Both the position numbers and the translations under genes were made by a program. From contig OY762463.1 in assembly GCA_963665815.1 (NCBI GenBank), positions 32,001-96,000 of the forward strand: a DNA stretch of 64,000 nt, read 5' to 3'. Every line of letters starts with the position of its first letter. Position 1 is the stretch's first letter. The notes under the pieces were generated by a model that saw only the letters and a list, made by a program, of their open reading frames with translations, was not told where the DNA came from and did not search any database. Below, in pieces: positions 31,593-41,638 of the stretch. The stretch is from Candidatus Cloacimonadales bacterium (GTDB taxonomy: Bacteria; Cloacimonadota; Cloacimonadia; Cloacimonadales; JAIOQZ01).

Positions 31593-34241
31593 ATGAGATA
31601 CTTAATAATATGCTTTATGTTATGTATGGCAAGTTTATATGCTGTAAATATATATGATGTGCAGTATACGGATGTTTCAGGGGATGGAACTTATCCGTCA
31701 TTACTGGAAGACCAGATTGTGACAGTCAGTGGAATTGTCACATGCAATAATTATTTAACTGACAGATTCTTTATTGCCGATTCAAATGGTGGATACTGGA
31801 ACTGCATATTTGTCTATGATAGGGAAAATGTCAATATAGGTGACTACGTTACAATAACTGGAGAAGTACGAGAGTACAACGGACTTACTGAAATGGCGTC
31901 CCTTACAGGTATGCAGGTCATAAGCAGTGGAAATCCTGTGCCGACTTTCTATCAGGCTACAACTGGGGAAGCATCTTCCACTGAAGCACTCGAAGGAGCA
32001 CCTGTAGAGCTTACCAATGCAACAGTTGTCACTGCGGATGATGGTTTTGGAAACTTTATTGTAGACGATGGAACCGGAAGTATTACAGTCTCAGGTAATT
32101 GTATATCTCAAAATGATTTAACTTTTGACATCATTAATGGAATGGTCTTTACTTCCATTAAAGGCATGATTTCCTATGACTACGGTTTTTACACAATCCA
32201 TCCGAGATATGAGAGTGATTTTGTTCGAGGTGACGTTCCTGTTTCTCTCAATATACAGGGGCAAAATGCTAATATAGGAGATCAGTTAACAATTGACTTC
32301 CTTCTCAACACTCCTTCAGATGAACAGATTGACAGTGTCAGGATCAATATTGCATACTCATCTAACATAATCTCTTATGATTCATATAATGCACCTCAGG
32401 GTTACAATGCATCTTACTCAGACAATACAGGCTCAGGGGTTATCAGAATGACACCTGGACAGCAATTGAGCGGTCAGACACAGATTTTTACTCTTTCTAT
32501 GGACGCCAACAATTCCGGAGATGCAGGGTTTGCTATAACGGACTTCTTTGTTAATGGCAGTTCCAATCTGAATGTTGTTGTAGGTGATTTCGTTGTAAGA
32601 ACCGATTTATTGCGTCCTGCAGACGAGCTTACACGTATTCAAAGGCCTATCCTAAGTGTTCCGCAGATTGCTCCTCAAGGATCATCATTTGACATCATTG
32701 TTAAAGGTCCGATGGGAGCTGCAAACTGGGATGCACGTCTGAAATATGCCGATTACGAACTGAATCTGCTTATTGAGAACTCTCAGTTCGATGCGCTCTA
32801 TGACTTATGGACATTGACGGTTCAGACTCCGGCAACAGATATTTATGCGTTGTACGATATCTCTGTAACTTGCGATCAGATTGAAACAGATGTTGCTGAA
32901 AACGCTGTTTATATGGTTCCACAATTCAGAGACAGCTATTATATAGCTCATTTTACAGATACTCACCTTCCGGGGCATACAATGTTCGGAGACGATCCGG
33001 GAGAACAGGATATGACCGAAGTTGAAGATTTGAGAGCGATTATCAATGACTTGAACGTAATCAGACCTGAGTTCATCCTTTTCACAGGTGATGTTGTGAA
33101 TGAGGGAGAGCTTGAAGAATTGAACGACAGGCGTTACTATACAATTGCCAAGAACCTGCTTACGGAACTTGATGTACCTGTATTTTTAGTGACAGGTAAT
33201 CATGACGTCGGTGGCTGGCAGCAGACTTCACCTCCTCCAGGAACAGCACGAGATAACTGGTTCAGATTCTTTGGCTGGTCATATCTGTCAGATTATGATA
33301 CGGAACCAAATACTCAGAACTACTATTTTAACTATGGCAATACTCTGTTCATAGGAATGGATGCCTATGATAATTACGATGATTACAGACTTGATCTGTT
33401 TGGAAGCACAAGTTTTACATCCTGGCAGCTAAACTGGATGAGGAATCTTGTTCAGAGTAACCCGAATATGGAAAAGGTTGCATTCTATCACTACGATTTT
33501 AACGATGATATATCCTTAACTGCTGAGAATCTTGATATGGCTCTCTGGGGGCATATACACTCGAATTCCGGAAGCATTGGCAGTTATCCTTACGATCTTG
33601 CAACAGAGTCTGTCTGTGACAATAACAGGGCTTTCAGAATCGTCAAGTTTGACAACGGCACTATCACGCCTCTTCAGACAATGTATGCCGGAGGAAACGG
33701 CGACAACTTTACTGTTGCTTACAGCGCTCCCAATAACGGGACTCAATCACAGAACACTGCAACGATTTACAACGGCTATAACACGAACTTCGAGCATGGA
33801 CTGGTAAAGTTTCATGTGAATTCCGGTTACAACTATATCTCAGATAATGGTTCGATTGTATACCAGATGAATGTTGATGGTCACAAAGAGGTTGCTGTCA
33901 GACTTAACATTCCGGCTAACGGCTCAACAACAGTATCTGTCAGTGCTACAACTGCAGTTACTGAGGATCAAGTTAACGATTTTCAGCTTCAGGCTGCAGT
34001 ATATCCTAATCCATTTAACCCAAAGACTAATGTAGTTTTCTCACTCAAACGGAAAGAGCATGTAAAAATTGATATGTACAACCTTAAGGGACAGAATGCT
34101 ATGACCATAGCAGACAGAGAGTTTGATAGTGGTATTCATGAAATTAGTGTTAATGCAGATGAGCTTGCTTCCGGTATATATTTTATCAGAATCAGATCTG
34201 AACATAACTCTGTAATAAAGAAGTGTGTACTGCTGAAGTAG
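31593..34241 (+). CDS. secreted metallophosphoesterase with OB-fold, cohesin-like and C-terminal sorting domains
   Basis: FTDTH, TGDVVN, GNHD and GHIH motifs; GDYVTITGEVREY OB-fold; YPNPFNP tail. Confidence 0.85.
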   Translation: MRYLIICFMLCMASLYAVNIYDVQYTDVSGDGTYPSLLEDQIVTVSGIVTCNNYLTDRFFIADSNGGYWNCIFVYDRENVNIGDYVTITGEVREYNGLTEMASLTGMQVISSGNPVPTFYQATTGEASSTEALEGAPVELTNATVVTADDGFGNFIVDDGTGSITVSGNCISQNDLTFDIINGMVFTSIKGMISYDYGFYTIHPRYESDFVRGDVPVSLNIQGQNANIGDQLTIDFLLNTPSDEQIDSVRINIAYSSNIISYDSYNAPQGYNASYSDNTGSGVIRMTPGQQLSGQTQIFTLSMDANNSGDAGFAITDFFVNGSSNLNVVVGDFVVRTDLLRPADELTRIQRPILSVPQIAPQGSSFDIIVKGPMGAANWDARLKYADYELNLLIENSQFDALYDLWTLTVQTPATDIYALYDISVTCDQIETDVAENAVYMVPQFRDSYYIAHFTDTHLPGHTMFGDDPGEQDMTEVEDLRAIINDLNVIRPEFILFTGDVVNEGELEELNDRRYYTIAKNLLTELDVPVFLVTGNHDVGGWQQTSPPPGTARDNWFRFFGWSYLSDYDTEPNTQNYYFNYGNTLFIGMDAYDNYDDYRLDLFGSTSFTSWQLNWMRNLVQSNPNMEKVAFYHYDFNDDISLTAENLDMALWGHIHSNSGSIGSYPYDLATESVCDNNRAFRIVKFDNGTITPLQTMYAGGNGDNFTVAYSAPNNGTQSQNTATIYNGYNTNFEHGLVKFHVNSGYNYISDNGSIVYQMNVDGHKEVAVRLNIPANGSTTVSVSATTAVTEDQVNDFQLQAAVYPNPFNPKTNVVFSLKRKEHVKIDMYNLKGQNAMTIADREFDSGIHEISVNADELASGIYFIRIRSEHNSVIKKCVLLK

Positions 34242-34459
34242 TGTATACATATAAACTATTTATAACGGGAGGACAACCCAATTTACGGTGGTTTTCTCAT
34301 TATTAATTTTATAGCTTCGTTTATGCTCAGTGAAAATGAATAAATATTTATTTACAAGAAATTCTGAGTTATCGATGTCAGATTCTCCATCACAAGATAA
34401 TAAATATTTGGCATTTGTTGTATAGAAGATATGTTTTTACTAAATAAAAAGGAATTAAG

Positions 34460-36121
34460 ATGCAGTCCCAAAAGCTGAATAGCCTATATAAAAAGCTTGA
34501 AAAAGCGAAAGATTTTGAAAAGCAGGTGCAACTTAAGCATGAAATTGTAGAAATGCTTGAGAAGCAGTCATTAGATGATGCTCTTTTGTTTATAAATGAG
34601 TTCATTGAAGAACTGGACGAGCATGAAAGAGTTAATGATATCGATACATGCCTGGTGCGTAAAGCAAGCATTGTCCGTAAACTTGGTAATCCCGTTGAAG
34701 CGCGGAGTATTTATTTTGGTTTGTTGAAGGGAACTGAAAACCTCAGTATAAAAGCAAGAACCTATATGGGGTTTGCTGTGCTATATTATTCTTCCGGTGA
34801 CAGGTCCAGGACTCTTAAATACATTAATAAGGCAATAGAACTTGCTGAGAAAATAGATGACAGACTTACTTATGCCAAAGCTCTTAATGTTAAAGGAGCT
34901 GCCTGTATTACAGCTAACAAGAATCTCATGGCATATGATATTTTCTCTCGTGCAAAGAATGAGTTTTTGAAGCTGAATGAACTCTATCAGGCTGCCAATG
35001 CAGATGTCTGGCTAGCTTCTGCTTTAACGGAAATAGGTGATTATAACAGATCAATAGAGCACCTGACCAGTGCACTTGAGTGTTTTGAGAAACACGAAGT
35101 TCTGACCGGGATTGCTGACACATGCAACAGCCTTGGATTGAACTGTCTGCGTATAGATCAGTTTGAGCAGGCTAAAAATTTTCTTTTGAGAGCAATGGAA
35201 TACTATGTACACCATAAAGCTAAGGATAAACTGGCTGATATAGAGAGTAATCTGGGGTTGCTGTATAAGAAGCTTAAACGCTATCCCATGGCTCTTAAAC
35301 ATTACCATAAATCGCTTGAATACAGACCGGAAAACAGCTTTTACAAACGCATGTATACTCTCAGTAATATCTGCAGTCTGTATGTGGATATTGAAGACTT
35401 TGAGAATGCCGGGAAGTATCTGCAGTTGACACTGGATATTCATAATGATCTGAATTTGAAGGATCCGTTTATAAGCACTTATAATTTGGCACTGAGACTG
35501 GCAATGGTTACAGGTGATGATGGGAAGTTCAAGTTTTATGAGGGTAAAATTGCCGGATATGAAAGCTCAATGACTCTTGTTACTAAAGAAGCGTTCTTCA
35601 GTGTTTGCTCGAAATACTATGAGTCGAAGAATGACTACAATAAGACTATATACTATCTGAAGAAATTCATTGATTTGCAATACGATATACGAAATGAGAA
35701 CAGGGAATTGTATGAAACACTATTGTCTAACAGACTGGAAATTATAAAGTATACGGCTAATCTGGAAAAAGAAGAAAAAGAGAACGTAAAATTGCGTGAA
35801 CTGAATCAGGATTTACAGAAAGTAAACACCAAGCTGCTTGCTGCTCAGAAAGAGATTATAGAGCTGGAACGAAAAAACTCCGTGCTTGCCATGGGAATAA
35901 CCATTAACCATGAGATACGCCAGCCCTTAATGGCTCTCTACGGATATATTGAGATGTTGGACATGAATATTGAGAACAAAACGGAAGCCCAGCGACGCTT
36001 CTTTGAAAAGATCTATAAAAACAAAGAACAGATAGACGTCCTGCTGAGTAAATACCGCGATAACAACAAATATACCTTCGACGAGTATGTTGACGATATT
36101 ACGATGATCCAGTTTGAGTAG
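34460..36121 (+). CDS. TPR-repeat protein with a C-terminal HisKA-like segment and no HATPase domain
   Basis: Multiple TPR helices (NSLG, SNLG); coiled coil; TINHEIRQPL. Confidence 0.75.
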   Translation: MQSQKLNSLYKKLEKAKDFEKQVQLKHEIVEMLEKQSLDDALLFINEFIEELDEHERVNDIDTCLVRKASIVRKLGNPVEARSIYFGLLKGTENLSIKARTYMGFAVLYYSSGDRSRTLKYINKAIELAEKIDDRLTYAKALNVKGAACITANKNLMAYDIFSRAKNEFLKLNELYQAANADVWLASALTEIGDYNRSIEHLTSALECFEKHEVLTGIADTCNSLGLNCLRIDQFEQAKNFLLRAMEYYVHHKAKDKLADIESNLGLLYKKLKRYPMALKHYHKSLEYRPENSFYKRMYTLSNICSLYVDIEDFENAGKYLQLTLDIHNDLNLKDPFISTYNLALRLAMVTGDDGKFKFYEGKIAGYESSMTLVTKEAFFSVCSKYYESKNDYNKTIYYLKKFIDLQYDIRNENRELYETLLSNRLEIIKYTANLEKEEKENVKLRELNQDLQKVNTKLLAAQKEIIELERKNSVLAMGITINHEIRQPLMALYGYIEMLDMNIENKTEAQRRFFEKIYKNKEQIDVLLSKYRDNNKYTFDEYVDDITMIQFE

Positions 36122-36124
36122 ATA

Positions 36125-37083
36125 AATGTAATTGATCAATGTCTGTCCGCAATTCACAACCATTCTTCATCATCAATTTTAACACTGCGAATGTAATTGA
36201 TCAATGTCTGTCCGCAATTCACAACAATACGATAAAAGCTTATGTTCGACATCTTAATGTAATTGATCAATGTCTGTCCGCAATTCACAACGTGGTCGCT
36301 TACGGGATCACAAAGAGTGTCAATGTAATTGATCAATGTCTGTCCGCAATTCACAACTAACCAGACATGGTTTCAATTGGACAACTTAATGTAATTGATC
36401 AATGTCTGTCCGCAATTCACAACAATCTTGCCAGTGCAGAGCTTCTGTCACCTAATGTAATTGATCAATGTCTGTCCGCAATTCACAACAGAATGGTGTA
36501 TCAGAGTTGCCAGGAATGAAATGTAATTGATCAATGTCTGTCCGCAATTCACAACATGATCGGTTGGTTTTCAATAGCTATTCCAAATGTAATTGATCAA
36601 TGTCTGTCCGCAATTCACAACACTCTTTTTGGTACCTTTCGCCATTTTTTAAATGTAATTGATCAATGTCTGTCCGCAATTCACAACATTATAATGTTTT
36701 CTATGATAAATTCTTAAAATGTAATTGATCAATGTCTGTCCGCAATTCACAACAATAACATCAGCAGTGAATTCCTGAGGATAATGTAATTGATCAATGT
36801 CTGTCCGCAATTCACAACATAATGGCTTATATTCAGCACCATATTCAAAATGTAATTGATCAATGTCTGTCCGCAATTCACAACAAAATTATCCAAATTT
36901 ATTATACTCTTTCAAATGTAATTGATCAATGTCTGTCCGCAATTCACAACTAAATACCATCAATTGAATCTATACCTTCTTAATGTAATTGATCAATGTC
37001 TGTCCGCAATTCACAACAATAAAACTATTCGAGTTGGTGATAAGGGTAATGTAATTGATCAATGTCTGTCCGCAATTCACAAC
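36125..37083 (-). CRISPR. type II-C CRISPR array: 15 identical 36-bp repeats and 14 spacers (29-31 bp)
   Basis: Repeat on + is AATGTAATTGATCAATGTCTGTCCGCAATTCACAAC at 36125, 36190, 36256, 36322, 36388, 36454, 36520, 36586, 36652, 36718, 36783, 36849, 36915, 36982 and 37048; crRNA strand inferred from complementarity to the tracrRNA. Confidence 0.98.
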
Positions 37084-37148
37084 TATGCGATTTTAACTAT
37101 CTGTCAAGTAATAAATTATCTGCTTACAAAAGTAAAAAAATATTGGTG

Positions 37149-37523
37149 TTAAAGATCAATATCTTCCGATAATTCTTGTTGTTTCTCAATTTTCTCAAAT
37201 ATTGTGAGCTGTTCAGGTACGGAATCAGGCAGTTTTCTGAGTTTACCAAAATAAACTTCCATTCTTCCGAACTGTTTGTCAGTAAAAGTCAGTATTCTTA
37301 CTTCTCCATCCGGAGGTAAAGCTGCTTTCACTCTTTTTCTATGAACAGCAGCATTTTCCTCACTGGGGCAATGACGAGTCATTACGGAAAACTGCATCTT
37401 TGTGAATCCATCTTCTAACAACGTTTTACGGAATTTAACATAATTTTTTCTTGCTTTGGGTGTATCCATAGGAAGATCAAACATTACAAGGAGCCACATA
37501 GTACGAAAACCTCCAAAAATCAT
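37149..37523 (-). CDS. cas2: CRISPR-associated endoribonuclease Cas2
   Basis: MWLLVMFDLP, FRKTLLEDGF, QFSV and TDKQF motifs. Confidence 0.96.
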   Translation of the reverse strand: MIFGGFRTMWLLVMFDLPMDTPKARKNYVKFRKTLLEDGFTKMQFSVMTRHCPSEENAAVHRKRVKAALPPDGEVRILTFTDKQFGRMEVYFGKLRKLPDSVPEQLTIFEKIEKQQELSEDIDL

Positions 37524-38404
37524 AATATCAGTTCAGGGATCAGAATTTCTTTTTGATTCTTCATCATTACTTGTTTCACAGAGTTTACAAATCGTTCTAA
37601 TGCGGTGAACATCGGGTAACTTTCTCCCGAGATATTCAAATGCATATTTAATGCTGACAGAAGATAGTGTTTGCATTCTCTGTTTAGCTCTTCAGTGACA
37701 TTATTTCTATAGTTCAGTTCGAACACAAAATTATCAATTAGTGGACGAAAAGGTTCCATTAAATCATTTGCAAGACAAAATGAATCATATTGATTATGAT
37801 GATGTACTCCGAGAGACGGGTGTAAACCTGTGCCAACAATTGCCCTTGCTGTAACTGCTCTGATTACTGCATAACCATAGTTTAAACAGGCATTAATTCC
37901 ACCTTTTTCAAAATCTCTGACAAACTTTTTCCCAAAGAGTTCCTTCCAGTATATTGCTGCAGCTCTTGCTTCGCAATTCTCTGAATCACCTGTTTTTACC
38001 CGGGTTCGGATTGCTTTAAGCAGTTTACTATTCTTATCTCTCTTTTCCAGAATAGCGATCTGGGAAGAAATTTTTGCCTTAATTACTTGTTTCCATATAC
38101 GATTTTTCAATTGAGAATTCATATTTGCCTGCAAAAGCAAAACTTTTGAATGTAATGAGTTGCCAGTTAATGGCATAAGCACACTTACCGGAAGTTTTCT
38201 GGGATCACATACAATAACAGCGATGTTATTAGCAGAACAGGACGAAAGCAGATAATTTGTCACAGTGATCTGAGAATCAGCAAGCATTATCACAGCAATA
38301 TCTTCAAGGGGTACAGTACTGGTATCAATGTCGGTTCTTATAACTAACTGCTTATGTTTAACACTGAGTTTTGCATTAAGATTTATCTCAACTATTCTTT
38401 CCAT
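37520..38404 (-). CDS. cas1: CRISPR-associated endonuclease Cas1 (type II)
   Basis: VPLEDI, GDSENCEA, NACLNYGYAV and LANDLMEPFRP motifs; start at MERIVE. Confidence 0.96.
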   Translation of the reverse strand: MERIVEINLNAKLSVKHKQLVIRTDIDTSTVPLEDIAVIMLADSQITVTNYLLSSCSANNIAVIVCDPRKLPVSVLMPLTGNSLHSKVLLLQANMNSQLKNRIWKQVIKAKISSQIAILEKRDKNSKLLKAIRTRVKTGDSENCEARAAAIYWKELFGKKFVRDFEKGGINACLNYGYAVIRAVTARAIVGTGLHPSLGVHHHNQYDSFCLANDLMEPFRPLIDNFVFELNYRNNVTEELNRECKHYLLSALNMHLNISGESYPMFTALERFVNSVKQVMMKNQKEILIPELIL

Positions 38405-41348
38405 CTTTAAAATCCTGTGTGTTTCCCAGCATATCAACGTATAATTTTCTACATCTTAATTTGTTGGGAGATGTTATAAACTCTTCAGCTTTATTTTCCA
38501 ATGTTGAAGCATAATGCATTCGGAAGTAGATTCTGTTATTGTTTGGATCAAGTTTCTGTACTCTGTATATCTTGTTTACTCCTTCAACTTCAATTTCAAC
38601 CATATCATTTGCACAGAGCCACATAATGAATTCACCTTCAGGGTGGTCAAACTGAACCATTCCCTTTTTATCACATCTGATTCTTCTGGCAGCTTCAATC
38701 ATAGTGACCCATTTCCCGATTTGTTCTCCGCTAGGTAATCTTATTATCTCAACATGATGATTGTTTTGATATGCATAAAACTTGTATGCTTTACCTTTAT
38801 TATCTTTAAATGCGTGCAAGGAACTCGTTGTCCTGACTTCAGCAATTCTCACACTATTTATTGGTGTTTTCCCATCTTTATGTAATAGTTCAATTAAATC
38901 TTTTTCTTCTTTTGAAGCTTTATTCACTTTCTCAACATATTTTATTACAAGCTGTTTAACTGCATTATCACAAATTTTGCTGATTTTCGAAGAGCTTTTA
39001 AGGAAATCTGAAACAGGCACTTTACGGGAAAAATATGCTTTCCCTTTAGATTTCTGTGCGTGATAACCATAAGCAGTATCATGGTGTAACGATCCAATAA
39101 TTCCCCTCGTTGGTTGGTGGGATATTACAGCTTTGCTTATTATTTCTTCTGCTTCCTTGTAGAATCCATTCCATGGTTCAGGAATATTGATCAATCTGCT
39201 GTTAAAGAAGATTCCCTTTTCCATATTACTCGAGAGTTTAGACATTTTCTGTAACATGCTTTGAGTTGTACAGGCAATAACAAGAGCATCAATACAATGA
39301 TGTCTGTGGTCTTTCCTGTTCTTTTCATTCACATCATTTATGATCAGATTCAATTTCCATTTTTTCCTGAGAAGTGCTGTTAATTCACCTTTGCTTACTC
39401 TTGTTTTAAATCCATTTGCTTCGAAATATTTTTTCACTGTATTACATATATAACCGGTATCATTAAGTTGTCTGTTAGTGAACTTATCTTTATCAATCTC
39501 TTCCATCAAAAAGTATTTTCTTTTGCGACTGGGAAGTTTCACAATACGTCTTTTAATCTCATCCCACTTTTTAGGGTTGTTTTTGTATGCCTGAAAAGGA
39601 GTCATATTCTTCTTAACATTTCTGTTTTCATCTGCAAAGCAGAGTGTTTTATTCATATAGGAGTTATCCATTGAGATGCTCCAGGGAATAATATGTTCAA
39701 CATCAATGTCTTGAGAATATAATTGTTTAATCTCTATTGTTTTACCTGTATAAGGGCATACTTTTCCGCATTCTTCCCATAGGAGATATTTTGTGATTTG
39801 TGAATTTAGTGGACTCTCTTTCCCGAATTCTTCTTTTATCATCTTTTTTGCATGTTCTTTTTTGTCTGAGTTCTTTTTCTGGGTTTTACCGATACGCTCT
39901 TTCTGCTTTTTAGTCAGCTTCATCTCTCGGGGCATTTCAATAACAATTTCATCAATATTGCCATGATTTCTTATGATTGATTTTGTAAGCCTTATCGCTT
40001 GTCGAGCAGCCTTAGCAACAACGGGATTTCTCAGATCCTTCAGTATATGTTCAGATTCTGCAGGAGTATATTCAATTTCAGAATGCTTATAACCTGCTTT
40101 TTCACAAGCTTCGTTATATTTATAACCCTGTCTCATAAATGGAAGTAATGAGTTTATCGCTTTTCTGGAAAGATGGAGGTAGCCGGGTTGTAACTCTATC
40201 ACGAATATTTTCTCAATTATCTCAGGACTGAATTTCCAATGATTTTTCAGTCGCTTTTCCAGACTTTCCAAAGTATGTATTGTATGGAAATCTTCAACAA
40301 GTTGAGTTCTCTGCTTATCTGTAAAACTTTTCCATACTTTTGCTGACAATGCATTCGAGAAGGCTTTGTTCGTCAAATTACCTTTCAACTCTGATCTGGT
40401 TTCACTTTCAAGATTGAATTTTGCATTATCCGGGAAGCCTAATTCTTTCTTTAACTTGCTGAATTTTGATGTTTTCTGATTATCAAGGATGCGGAAAATT
40501 TTTTCTTTTTCAGTTTGATCAAGCTCTCGGGAACCGAATTTATCAGGGAAGAAGATTGTCATATTGTTAATATTCTGCCACATCATGAATTCTTGCGTTT
40601 CGAGAAAAGCTTTTGCAGCTCTTTGTCTATTCTTATGGAATATACATTTACCTATCAGGTGTTTCTTCATTCGGAGTGGTCTTTGCTCAATAATTGCTTC
40701 TTTACACTCATACATCAGCGATTTTTTTAGGATATCAGGATAATAAGAAGCCTGTTTCTCCCAGAGCAATTCGATTTCGTCAGCATACATTTTCCTTGCT
40801 GTATGAATTCTTCTTTTTACTGGTTGAAAATATAAATATTCTCCAAGTGTCTTATAATCGCTATTATCAATTTGTTGTTGGATTTCAGAAATCTCATTCA
40901 GTATCTTGCTGTTTTCTTTTGGTTTACCGTTCTTTCTATTGCTCCTGAATCCTCTTCTTTTATTTATATGACAGAGTATTCTACCTAATTGGAATAGTTC
41001 CAGCTTCTCATGTAAACCTTTATGTCTGAGAAAGTATGGATTTAATGTTGGTGCATTGCTTGTAATAAGTTCCTGAATTTCAGTATCAGAATTTGGAAGC
41101 AATCCATTATTCTTCAAAATTCCATACAATTCCTGTTTTCTGAATTTTCTTCTCTGAGTAAGTTTACGTTGACCTCTACATGTTCCTCTTCTTTTATTCG
41201 TAGGTACTTTTTTCTCTTTATCAATTGTTTCCTTAAAAATCCGGGAATCACCATTAACAAAGTTACCAATACGTTTCGATGAATCATGATTTATTAATGC
41301 CCATCCTACAGAATTTGTTCCTAAATCCAAACCCAAGATTTTTTTCAT
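38388..41348 (-). CDS. cas9: compact type II-C Cas9 (986 aa)
   Basis: RuvC-I GLDLGTNSVGW, Arg-rich bridge helix, RuvC-II IEMPRE, HNH DVEHIIP...NKTLC...N and RuvC-III HHCIDA. Confidence 0.97.
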   Translation of the reverse strand: MKKILGLDLGTNSVGWALINHDSSKRIGNFVNGDSRIFKETIDKEKKVPTNKRRGTCRGQRKLTQRRKFRKQELYGILKNNGLLPNSDTEIQELITSNAPTLNPYFLRHKGLHEKLELFQLGRILCHINKRRGFRSNRKNGKPKENSKILNEISEIQQQIDNSDYKTLGEYLYFQPVKRRIHTARKMYADEIELLWEKQASYYPDILKKSLMYECKEAIIEQRPLRMKKHLIGKCIFHKNRQRAAKAFLETQEFMMWQNINNMTIFFPDKFGSRELDQTEKEKIFRILDNQKTSKFSKLKKELGFPDNAKFNLESETRSELKGNLTNKAFSNALSAKVWKSFTDKQRTQLVEDFHTIHTLESLEKRLKNHWKFSPEIIEKIFVIELQPGYLHLSRKAINSLLPFMRQGYKYNEACEKAGYKHSEIEYTPAESEHILKDLRNPVVAKAARQAIRLTKSIIRNHGNIDEIVIEMPREMKLTKKQKERIGKTQKKNSDKKEHAKKMIKEEFGKESPLNSQITKYLLWEECGKVCPYTGKTIEIKQLYSQDIDVEHIIPWSISMDNSYMNKTLCFADENRNVKKNMTPFQAYKNNPKKWDEIKRRIVKLPSRKRKYFLMEEIDKDKFTNRQLNDTGYICNTVKKYFEANGFKTRVSKGELTALLRKKWKLNLIINDVNEKNRKDHRHHCIDALVIACTTQSMLQKMSKLSSNMEKGIFFNSRLINIPEPWNGFYKEAEEIISKAVISHQPTRGIIGSLHHDTAYGYHAQKSKGKAYFSRKVPVSDFLKSSSKISKICDNAVKQLVIKYVEKVNKASKEEKDLIELLHKDGKTPINSVRIAEVRTTSSLHAFKDNKGKAYKFYAYQNNHHVEIIRLPSGEQIGKWVTMIEAARRIRCDKKGMVQFDHPEGEFIMWLCANDMVEIEVEGVNKIYRVQKLDPNNNRIYFRMHYASTLENKAEEFITSPNKLRCRKLYVDMLGNTQDFKDGKNS

Positions 41349-41403
41349 AGCTATCTCCTATAAAGTTCTTGACATATAACTAAATCTATTTAAGATTTAG
41401 TTA

Positions 41404-41508
41404 AATGTAATTGATCAATGTCTGCGTTGCTTTTCATAATAAGAGTTTTCGCAGGCTCTTCCCATTGGGAAACCTTTTCAGCCTCTCTAATCGGGGGCTG
41501 TTTTTTTT
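41404..41508 (+). ncRNA. tracrRNA
   Basis: 21-nt perfect anti-repeat AATGTAATTGATCAATGTCTG plus an imperfect lower stem ending TTCATAATAAG; hairpins; terminator at 41479-41508; promoter TTGACA (41369) and TAAGAT (41391). Confidence 0.88.
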
Positions 41509-41638
41509 ATAGCCAAGTTTCAGACTAAATTAAGTATAATGTCAAGTCAAAAAAACATTGGACAATAAGTTAGTGAATCCTAAATAATATTTGACAAGTA
41601 AGTCCTGTTGTTCATCATCACCCCAAAGGAGCCCTACC

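Noticed and set aside
1434-35443. Numerous antisense or nested short ORFs in the ORF track
   Set aside because: They overlap well-supported genes and lack recognisable motifs.
36161-37047. Spacers targeting the resident prophage
   Set aside because: No convincing match seen by eye; the best was 11 nt (GGTGACAGAAG near 60779). A BLASTN against the full prophage is still needed.
36139-37152. Short ORFs with repeated NVIDQCLSAIHN or VVNCGQTLINY peptides
   Set aside because: They are translations of CRISPR repeats.
38388-41348. Type II-D Cas9 or IscB
   Set aside because: It has an ordinary II-C REC lobe (NPYFLR, HINKRRGF), cas1-cas2 and a standard tracrRNA; no PLMP domain.
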